Shown: piece by piece, positions 1 through 6,750 of the stretch
Layout of the letters: every line of letters starts with the position of its first letter
Position numbering within the stretch: the first letter of the stretch is position 1
NCBI GenBank assembly: GCA_036012755.1
Contig: DASCPX010000100.1
Coordinates: forward strand, 1-14,671
DNA: 14,671 bases
Origin: Myxococcota bacterium
GTDB taxonomy: Bacteria; Myxococcota_A; UBA796; CAJQPC01
Direction: 5' to 3'
Program-made: the position numbers and the translations under genes
Notes under the pieces: model-generated
Seen by the model: only the letters and a program-made list of their open reading frames with translations
Databases searched by the model: none
Told to the model about the DNA's origin: nothing

Positions 1-265
1 CGACACCGAGGACAACGGCCTGGCGCTGTGCCTCTTCCACCACCGCGCGCTGGACCGAGGTGCCCTCGGGATCGACCAGGACCACACGCTCATGGTGTCC
101 CAGCACGCCATCGGATCCGTCGGTCTGCCGGACTGGCTGCATCGCTACGCTGGGCGCCCGCTGCGCACGCCGGTCCCTGGCGGCGCTCGCCCGCACGAGG
201 ACCACATCAGCTGGCACCAACGCGAGGTGTTCAAGTCCCCGGCACGACTCGCAACGAGCCCCTGA
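1..265 (+). CDS. HNH endonuclease, C-terminal part (5' end outside window); resembles SBD-HNH / phosphorothioated-DNA-binding or McrA-like restriction endonucleases
   Basis: Not in the ORF track. Frame +2 from nt 2 reads DTEDNGLALCLFHHRALDRGALGIDQDHTLMVS...HISWHQREVFKSPARLATSP* (TGA 263-265). NGLALCxxHHxxxDRG and WHxxEVFK are typical of the HNH_2 restriction endonuclease C-terminus. Confidence 0.85.
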   Translation, partial: DTEDNGLALCLFHHRALDRGALGIDQDHTLMVSQHAIGSVGLPDWLHRYAGRPLRTPVPGGARPHEDHISWHQREVFKSPARLATSP

Positions 266-376
266 GGATAGTCCTCGACAGCAAGCGCCGGCTGCGAAGT
301 CGACGAGGTCAATCGACAAGGGCGCTGGGTCCGATTCCGGCGCCGGTGACGCCGAGCCCGCGAGTACGCTCACCAA

Positions 377-1198
377 GTGCACGTCGACACCGTCACAACC
401 GACGACAAGACCCTCCTCCCGGCCGTCCGCCACGCCATCGGGGGCGCCGACCAGGCGCTCTTGTGCGTCGCCTTCGCCAACGAGCAAGGCGTGCACCTGA
501 TCGAGCCAGCTCTCAAGAAGGCAGGCTCCTCCCGCCTCGCTGTGACCACCGTCTTCGGCACGACGACAGCGAGCGGCCTGCGCAAGGCTCGGAATCTGGG
601 GGTCGAGGTCGGCGTCCTGAACCCCGGCTCCAGCACCTACCACCCCAAGGTCTACCTGGGACGCTGGTCCGACGGGCGCATGCGCGCCGTGCTCGGATCC
701 GCCAATCTGACTGGTGGCCTCTACACGAACGTCGAGGCCGGCGTGCTGCTCGACGGGACCGCGGACGACCCGCCGCTCGCCCGTGCCTGGGAGTGGGCCT
801 CGGGAATCTGGAAGCGCTCGGCGAGCTGGCAAACGCTCCAGGCCGCCGAACAAGACGACGGCACGAGCTTCGAGTACCCCCTGCTGGGCATGCTTCAGAA
901 GGCGGTCCAGGACGACCCGGTCTTCATGACCCTCGGACCGAGACCAGTCGCGAACATCGTCAGCAACGTCACGGCCCGCGGCCTCTACGTCGAGAGCGGC
1001 GCCGGCACCGGACCTCAGTTCGTTCCCGCCTGGATGTTCCTCCTCGCGTGGGACGAGCTCTGCGCCCGCCGAAAGCTGAGCAACATGACCCTGCTCAACG
1101 ACCTGAGGGTCCACCGCTCATCCGCGGTCTGCGCAATCCTCGCGAGGCTGCCGCCAGTGAAGGTGGTGTCCACCAGGCCCATCGTGCTGGGGTTGTAG
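377..1198 (+). CDS. Phospholipase D-family (single HKD) nuclease, NgoFVII/BfiI-like N-terminal domain plus ~95-aa uncharacterised C-terminal domain
   Basis: 273-aa ORF with CVAF, YHPKVY(x)nGSANLTGG..NVEAG PLD-nuclease motifs; GTG start preceded by TACGCT-N6; TAG stop. Confidence 0.85.
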   Translation: MHVDTVTTDDKTLLPAVRHAIGGADQALLCVAFANEQGVHLIEPALKKAGSSRLAVTTVFGTTTASGLRKARNLGVEVGVLNPGSSTYHPKVYLGRWSDGRMRAVLGSANLTGGLYTNVEAGVLLDGTADDPPLARAWEWASGIWKRSASWQTLQAAEQDDGTSFEYPLLGMLQKAVQDDPVFMTLGPRPVANIVSNVTARGLYVESGAGTGPQFVPAWMFLLAWDELCARRKLSNMTLLNDLRVHRSSAVCAILARLPPVKVVSTRPIVLGL

Positions 1199-1207
1199 GG
1201 GCTCCCC

Positions 1208-1419
1208 TCAGTCCACCCCGACCCTCATCGCCCAAGTCACCGTGATCCGGTGCTGACTCACATGCGCCTGCACCGGCGGCGGCAGCTCCCATCGAACCAG
1301 CGGGCGCCAGATGCCGTCGGTCTGCTCCATCCGCCACAGCAGCACGTCGTAGGGACGCTCGCGATGTGCTCGGGGCCGGTGGCGAGGAGGCTGTCTCGGA
1401 GCGCGCGGAGATCCATCAT
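1208..1419 (-). pseudogene. Possible small frameshifted gene remnant, unknown function
   Basis: Minus strand reads MMDLRALRDSLLATGPEHI, then after a 1-nt shift near 1361 ERPYDVLLWRMEQTDGIWRPLVRWELPPP...VGVD*. Both segments have genome-like G/C-ending codons. Confidence 0.3.
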
Positions 1420-1523
1420 GGGCACTGTGGACTGGGTGGTCTGTGACGCTGGAGCCTACCTCCCGGAGGCAGCGCGCACCGGTGGCCCGTCCCCCCCAAC
1501 GCAGCCCCGGCTACATGCCTCTC

Positions 1524-2180
1524 ATGCCGTCCTCCCCTCCACCCCTCTTCAAGGGCCAGCTCCTCCACCTCGCCTTCCTCATCGTCGCGCTGCCCGCCCT
1601 CAACCTCCTCACCGACCCACCCTCGACGATGTGGCTCGGCCTCGAGGTCTCCACCTGGTTCGCCCTCGCGCTGGCGGTCCCGATCGCCCACCAGGTCTAC
1701 GTCTGGCTGTGTTGGCGGCTGGAGCTCCGGAGCAGGTTCATCAGCGAGAGGTGGGGCTTTCGGGTCTACGCCGTCGGCTTCTTCCTGCTCCTCGGCAGCC
1801 GCCCCGCGACCTTGCTGCTGCTGGCACTCGCGGACCACGACAGCCTGGCCATGTCCGTGCCCCTTCGCTGGGCCGTGGCGACGCCGCTGATACTGCTGAC
1901 CGGCTACGCGATGTACTCGGTCGCGCGGTACTTCGGCTTCCAGCGCGCGGCCGGCATCGACCACTTCGATCCCTCCTATCGAGACGAGCCCCGCGTGACG
2001 CAAGGCCTGTTCAGGTGGACGAACAACGCCATGTACGTCTTCGCCGTCCAGGGCTTCTGGCTCTTCGGCATCCTGGCCGCCTCGAAGCTCGCGATGGTCG
2101 CCGCCTGCTTCCAGTCGATCTACATCTGGGTCCACTACTTCGGAACCGAGCGACCCGACATGGACCACATCTACCGCTGA
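1524..2180 (+). CDS. Membrane methyltransferase, PEMT/isoprenylcysteine carboxyl methyltransferase-like
   Basis: Several hydrophobic helices and the motif RAAGIDHFDPSY...VTQGLFRWTNNAMY...E..DM..IY. Start placed at ATG 1524; the ORF is open from 1443 and ATG 1515 is an alternative. Confidence 0.8.
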   Translation: MPSSPPPLFKGQLLHLAFLIVALPALNLLTDPPSTMWLGLEVSTWFALALAVPIAHQVYVWLCWRLELRSRFISERWGFRVYAVGFFLLLGSRPATLLLLALADHDSLAMSVPLRWAVATPLILLTGYAMYSVARYFGFQRAAGIDHFDPSYRDEPRVTQGLFRWTNNAMYVFAVQGFWLFGILAASKLAMVAACFQSIYIWVHYFGTERPDMDHIYR

Positions 2181-2484
2181 CAGAGCGGCCGGCTGCGCCG
2201 TGAAGCCCGCACCGCCACCGCTCGAGGCGCTCGTGGAGACGAGGGGTTGGCCAGATCGGCTCGTGATCGCGCTCGAGCAGAGCCTCTTCGGCGGCACCGA
2301 GGGCGCGGCATACCGCGCCGAGGCCGCCGAACCCGCTACCTCGCGACCGACGCTCTGCGGGCTCGGCTACGAGGCATGACAACCCCGGCCCGATCTGTCG
2401 GATGGCGTCCAAGGACCGACACCCCCTGGCTCGATCCACACCAGTCGAGGCCTTCAACCTCCTGAGATCAGGTGCTTGGCTTCC

Positions 2485-2500
2485 AGGCACGAACCTTGCT
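2485..2500 (+). promoter_or_regulatory. sigma54 (RpoN) -24/-12 promoter
   Basis: AGGCACGAACCTTGCT versus consensus TGGCACG-N4-TTGCW: GG at 2486-2487 and GC at 2498-2499 with exact GG-N10-GC spacing, about 30 nt upstream of ATG 2530. Confidence 0.7.
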
Positions 2501-2518
2501 CCGCGAAGCCGAGAATCC

Positions 2519-2525
2519 AAGGAGG
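2519..2525 (+). promoter_or_regulatory. Shine-Dalgarno sequence AAGGAGG
   Basis: AAGGAGG-tcac-ATG(2530). Confidence 0.8.
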
Positions 2526-2529
2526 TCAC

Positions 2530-3270
2530 ATGCACCTGATCGAGTTCAACCGATGCGACGACGACCCCTTCTTCAGGGGGGTCGAGGACCGGAAGCGCAT
2601 CCTCATGGTCCTCGACCGCCTCTCCAAGCGAATGGAGCTTCGGCTCCACGGCTGGCGCGTCTCGGATCGCCGCCTGGTGACGCTGGTCCACGGGGACGTC
2701 GCGAGGCTCGCCCAGTGGAGACGGCTGGTCCAGAGCGCCTACGGGGTGAACAACTACTACTGGCATCGCCCCCCGGTCTACTGGAGGCCGGCGACCCAGG
2801 TCCCGATCGACGACATCGACTTCGCTCTGGGTGTGCTCTACGCAGGCAGGTCTCCTTGGAGTTCGGTGTGGGAGACCCTCGGTCTGCGAGACTGGGGAGT
2901 CCTTCCCGCTGACCTCGGTATTCCACACGAACGTCACGCCAGGCGCGCCGGCCTGACGTGGACACCCCAGCCCTACCCGGGCGATCTGAACCTGCACGGT
3001 CTGGGCGTGCTCAGCCGCGCCATCCTCATGACCACCGGGACCTCGAGCTCTGCCCGCGCCAACTCCATCGCCTTCGCACAGCTCGCCAAGCGCTGCGGCT
3101 GGGACCCCCTGGGCGTCTCTCTGGCGCGCGGCCTCTCGACGAGCTCGATCAAGAAGGCCCTGCGCAAGAAGCGACGTCCGACAGTCGACCGCGCGGCGAC
3201 CTGGATGCGCCCGCCGCTGCGTCGCCTGCTGGATGAGGCCCTCCCCACAGGACACTCAGCAGGTCGGTGA
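2530..3270 (+). CDS. Divergent RAYT/IS200-like (Y1 HUH) transposase-fold protein lacking the HUH motif, with C-terminal HTH
   Basis: 246 aa. FFRGVEDRKRILMVLDRLSKRMELRLHGWRVSDRRLVTLV parallels the RAYT pattern IFxDDEDRxxFLxxLxxxxxRxxxxLHAYCLMxNHxHLLV. LVQSAYG parallels LxxxYxxxFN and SPWSSVWETLG parallels YPWSSYxxYLG. C-terminal FAQLAKRCGWDPLGVSLARGLSTSSIKKALRK is HTH-like. Confidence 0.65.
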   Translation: MHLIEFNRCDDDPFFRGVEDRKRILMVLDRLSKRMELRLHGWRVSDRRLVTLVHGDVARLAQWRRLVQSAYGVNNYYWHRPPVYWRPATQVPIDDIDFALGVLYAGRSPWSSVWETLGLRDWGVLPADLGIPHERHARRAGLTWTPQPYPGDLNLHGLGVLSRAILMTTGTSSSARANSIAFAQLAKRCGWDPLGVSLARGLSTSSIKKALRKKRRPTVDRAATWMRPPLRRLLDEALPTGHSAGR

Positions 3271-3319
3271 AGCCCCGCTGGTGCACCTGAGGTGCCTGTG
3301 CGAGCTCCTGTGTCGGCCC

Positions 3320-4114
3320 CTACTCCGGAATCAGCGACTCCCCCTCGAAGAGCGCACTCCAGGCCGCTACGTCGAGCTCTGTCGCCATCGGCGGTGGCCC
3401 ACTGGCCCAGACCCTCACGGTCTCGGGCTCGCTGCGCGTCTCGATCGACATCCCCGCGATCTCCTCGTCCGGACCGTCGTCGTCGCTGATCACCTGGCGA
3501 TCCGCCATGCACGACAGCCCGTAGCGCTGCCCGCCGTCCTCGACGTGCTGGGTGACCGTGCAGTCCCACAGACGGTCCCGCTCGACCAGGGTCAGTGATC
3601 CGCACTCGACCCGCGCGTCCACGACCACGCGGTCGACGCCGTCGCTGCGCAGCCGGGCGCTCACCAGGCAGGGCGAGCCCTCCTCGAGGTAGAGCCCCTC
3701 GCTCTTGCGCACGGTCGCGGACCAGGTGGTGTCCACCACGCGGTTCATCAGGATCCGGCCCCAGCCCTCCTGGCCGATGGCGAACAGTCCCCCTCCGACC
3801 GCCGCGACCACCAGCGCGAACCTGGGCCAGTAGAAAGGCCCCCCAGGTCCGGCCAGCGAGACCGCCAGCCCCACCCCAGACGACTCGGCACCCAGGCCCA
3901 CCCCACAGACTCGAGTCCAGATCCCGCCGGCCACTCCGCAGCAGATGGACACCACGCCGAAGGCCGCCCCACAGCCGATGGCGACCACCCCCACGGGTGC
4001 GAAGCCGATGGAGATGACCCCGATGGGGTTCACGCCGATGGCGATCACCCCGACGGGTCTCCCCCCGAAAGCGAAGAAGCCCAACTCGAATTCACCAGTG
4101 GAGACCAGCTTCAC
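3320..4114 (-). CDS. Hypothetical membrane protein: Gly-rich hydrophobic repeats (GVIAIG/GVISIG/GVVAIG), a TM helix, then a Cys-containing soluble domain
   Basis: 264-aa ORF with good codon bias; repeated G-phi-phi-x-phi-G motifs; TM FALVVAAVGGGLFAIG; TAGCCT-N6-GTG upstream. Confidence 0.7.
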   Translation of the reverse strand: MKLVSTGEFELGFFAFGGRPVGVIAIGVNPIGVISIGFAPVGVVAIGCGAAFGVVSICCGVAGGIWTRVCGVGLGAESSGVGLAVSLAGPGGPFYWPRFALVVAAVGGGLFAIGQEGWGRILMNRVVDTTWSATVRKSEGLYLEEGSPCLVSARLRSDGVDRVVVDARVECGSLTLVERDRLWDCTVTQHVEDGGQRYGLSCMADRQVISDDDGPDEEIAGMSIETRSEPETVRVWASGPPPMATELDVAAWSALFEGESLIPE

Positions 4115-4198
4115 AGACCGAGGCTACCTCTGGTGCCACAAAGTGTGGCGCGGGACAAGCCCGGTCACGGACGTGCTCGACGCGGTAGTCTTCACCCC

Positions 4199-4688
4199 GT
4201 GTACTGGCTCCTCCTCAAGCCCGAGCTGAGCACCGACTTCCCAGTCCAGGTGGGCGTCGCCCTCTCCGCGGAGGGGCCCGCTCGCCTCCGCGCCCGGATC
4301 GGCGCTGGGCGGAGAGACCACCGCCGCAGAGCTCCTCGAAGGCATCTATGGAGTCGATCTCCCCGGAACTACCGGAGATCGTTGGAACTTCGACGCGACG
4401 GCCCAGCTCCACTGGCTGCAGCTGGAGCTCGGCTGGGAGCGCACCTTGTGGCGCAACCTCGATCTTCGCCGCTGTGTGGGGTGGTCCTACACCGTCTCGA
4501 GCTCGACGACGATCGAGCCCGACTTCGAGGTCCCCCGCGTGGCCGAGACCGCTGTCGACGAGCTGACCGGCTGGGGCGAGGACTACCTCGACGAGGACAT
4601 CCTCCAGACCTACGTCCACCCACCCAGCCTGGGCGTCGCCCTGGGCTGGCGCTTCGGTGTGGGACAGCGGACCGCCGAGCCCCCCTGA
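4199..4688 (+). pseudogene. Disrupted putative outer-membrane beta-barrel protein (frameshift, probable internal deletion near 4301-4304)
   Basis: Frame A: (V/M)YWLLLKPELSTDFPVQVGVALSAEGPARLRARIG. Frame B from 4302: ALGGETTAAELLEG...LHWLQLELGWERTLW...GEDYLDEDILQTYVHPPSLGVALGWRF..*. Amphipathic beta-strands and a GWRF beta-signal-like motif. Frame B has a stop at 4227-4229, so the halves cannot be read as one ORF. Confidence 0.6.
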
Positions 4689-4695
4689 CCCCGGC

Positions 4696-4701
4696 TATAC
4701 T
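4696..4701 (+). promoter_or_regulatory. Putative sigma70-type -10 element (TATACT) for the 4731 lipoprotein gene
   Basis: ggcTATACT in a 42-nt intergenic gap, 29 nt before ATG 4731; GGAAG just upstream of the start. Confidence 0.4.
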
Positions 4702-4730
4702 CCACGACGCAGGGCGCGACGGCGGAAGAC

Positions 4731-5273
4731 ATGACATTGCAGACACTCGCGTGGACCCTGATGGCCGGCTGCACCGGGGGACCCGACGACACGGCGGACA
4801 CCGACGACACGGGGATCGACGTCCTCCCGGCGCCCGATCTCAGCGATCTGAGCCAGGCAGGGGGGTGCGTGGACCTGGTGATGACCATGGGCGACCCCTC
4901 CGGCGAGCTGGTGTTGATCTTCAATCACGGCGCCGGCCTGGCACAGCAGGCCTTCGAGGGCGAGGGCACGGCCCAGGCGACCCTGGATCTGGCCACCGAG
5001 GGCTCGCTGGAGCTCTGGCAGGGAGTGGCCGTGACGAACATCCCTTGCAACGACGCCCTCTACGGCAACGAGCTGGTCGTCTCCACCTGGACCGTCACCA
5101 GCGGAGTCGCAGAGGTCGAGGTCGTCTCGGACGGGAGCTCGACGGCGTGGGGCGAATACCCAGGCGGCGCGACGCTGAAGCTCACAGACGTGGTCCTGAG
5201 CGAAGAAGGCGCAGAAGACGTCGAGATCGACGAGCTGGAGTGGACCGCCTGGGTGGGGTGGATGCCCGGGTGA
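4731..5273 (+). CDS. Hypothetical acidic lipoprotein
   Basis: MTLQTLAWTLMAG-C lipobox, then an Asp/Thr linker (DDTADTDDTG); 180 aa. Confidence 0.75.
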   Translation: MTLQTLAWTLMAGCTGGPDDTADTDDTGIDVLPAPDLSDLSQAGGCVDLVMTMGDPSGELVLIFNHGAGLAQQAFEGEGTAQATLDLATEGSLELWQGVAVTNIPCNDALYGNELVVSTWTVTSGVAEVEVVSDGSSTAWGEYPGGATLKLTDVVLSEEGAEDVEIDELEWTAWVGWMPG

Positions 5274-5332
5274 GGGCACAAGGAGGGCGAGCCGCTTGAC
5301 CACCCCCAGGCCCGGCGGCGATAGGCTCCTTC

Positions 5333-6709
5333 ATGCTCATCCTCTCCACCGCCCTCGCGGCAACCCTGACCGTCGGCCCCGATGGGGACTTCTCCACCGT
5401 CGCCGATGCGATCGAGAGCTCATCTCCGGGAGACGAGATCCTGGTGACCTCCGGCGAGTACCTCGACGACACGGTCAGCTTCCCCCACGGCGATCTGACC
5501 ATCCGCGGTGTCGGCGACACCCGCCCTGTGCTGCGGGTCACACAGAACATCCCGAACAGAAAGGGCATCTTCGCCATCGGCGTCGACGCAGGGCCGGTCA
5601 CGGTCGAGTTCCTCCACTTCGAGGGCGCACGCATCAGCGACAGTGATGGGGCCAACGGCGCCGGAATCCGCATGCAGGGACAGGCTCTGACCGTCCGAGA
5701 CTGTGTGTTCACCGACAACCAGATGGGTCTGCTCGCAGGCGGGACCGACGACTTCACGGTCTGGGTCGAGGACTCCGAGTTCGACGCCAACGCCCAGGAA
5801 GGCAGCGGCTACGAGCACAACATCTACATCGGAACGGACCAGTGCGCGCTGTTCACCTTCATCGGCAACTACAGCCACCACGCCCACTCGGGTCACAACC
5901 TGAAGAGTCGCTGCCAGGAAAACCACATCCTCTACAATCGCCTCGGGGACGAGGACGACGGCGACAGCTCCTATGTCATCGACCTGCCCGAGGGCGGGCG
6001 CTCCGTGCTCGTCGGCAACCTCGTGCAGCAAGGCCCCTACGCAGAGAACTCCAGCGCCATCATCAGCTACGGCGCAGAGGGCGACAACGACGAGATGCTG
6101 CTCTACGCCAGCCACAACACGATCGTGAACGACAAGGACACACAGAATACGTCCTTCATCCATGTGAGGACCGCCGAGAGCGTCGTGCTCCGCAACAACC
6201 TCTTCGTCGGCACGGGGACCCCGGTCGATGTCCAGAACGGCTCAGTCGACGACGAGGGCTCCTGGCACGAACAGAGTGACGAGGTCCTCGCCGATCGCGC
6301 CGGCTACGACTACCACCTCGTCGAGGGCAGCGGCCCCCAGGACGCCGGCGTCGAGATCGACATCGAAGAGCTCGTCCCGACCCTGCAGTACCTCCACCCC
6401 ACCGACACAGAGCCCCGCTGGGACGACGGGGCCCCGGACATCGGGGCCTACGGCATCGGCACAGAGCCCGCGGACACCGACGACAGCGGAGACGGCGGTG
6501 ACGGCGATGACGACACCGGGACCGAAGACACAGCCGTCAGCGGCTGCCGCTGCGCCCAGGTCTCGGGGTCAGCAGGGCTGGTCTGGGTCCTCGGCCTGCT
6601 CGCGTGGAGCAGACGCCGGGGCGGGCTCGGTGCAGGCGGACAAGACGGACAGGATGGTCATGAGGAGTTCCTCTCCGACCATCAACCCAACCCATCCAGA
6701 GGCCGCTGA
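5333..6709 (+). CDS. Secreted right-handed parallel beta-helix (pectin lyase-like) protein with acidic linker and MYXO-CTERM-like anchor; C-terminus extended past the Arg tail
   Basis: Short signal MLILSTALAA; beta-helix motifs NGAGIR, HNIYIG, GHNLKSR; DYHLxxGS..DAG...PDIGAY; linker DTDDSGDGGDGDDDTG; GCRC-x-GLVWVLGLLAWSRRR; 27 extra residues before TGA. Confidence 0.8.
   Translation: MLILSTALAATLTVGPDGDFSTVADAIESSSPGDEILVTSGEYLDDTVSFPHGDLTIRGVGDTRPVLRVTQNIPNRKGIFAIGVDAGPVTVEFLHFEGARISDSDGANGAGIRMQGQALTVRDCVFTDNQMGLLAGGTDDFTVWVEDSEFDANAQEGSGYEHNIYIGTDQCALFTFIGNYSHHAHSGHNLKSRCQENHILYNRLGDEDDGDSSYVIDLPEGGRSVLVGNLVQQGPYAENSSAIISYGAEGDNDEMLLYASHNTIVNDKDTQNTSFIHVRTAESVVLRNNLFVGTGTPVDVQNGSVDDEGSWHEQSDEVLADRAGYDYHLVEGSGPQDAGVEIDIEELVPTLQYLHPTDTEPRWDDGAPDIGAYGIGTEPADTDDSGDGGDGDDDTGTEDTAVSGCRCAQVSGSAGLVWVLGLLAWSRRRGGLGAGGQDGQDGHEEFLSDHQPNPSRGR
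6620..6661 (-). pseudogene. 5' stub of a lost convergent lipoprotein gene (MTILSVLSACTEP)
   Basis: Minus-strand GGAGAGG-aactcctc-ATG(6661) followed by an LSA-C lipobox; the frame then runs into the antisense of the upstream gene's anchor region and stops after 30 codons. Confidence 0.5.
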
Positions 6710-6750
6710 AACCCCTCCGCCATCTCACATCCCGCGCCTTGACTCGATCT

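Noticed and set aside
492..2544. 14-bp exact match TGCACCTGATCGAG at 492-505 and 2531-2544
   Set aside because: Both encode HLIE with preferred codons in unrelated proteins; most likely coincidence.
5296..5301. TTGACC as the -35 partner of TAGGCT (5322-5327)
   Set aside because: The spacer is 20 nt, too long for a canonical sigma70 promoter.
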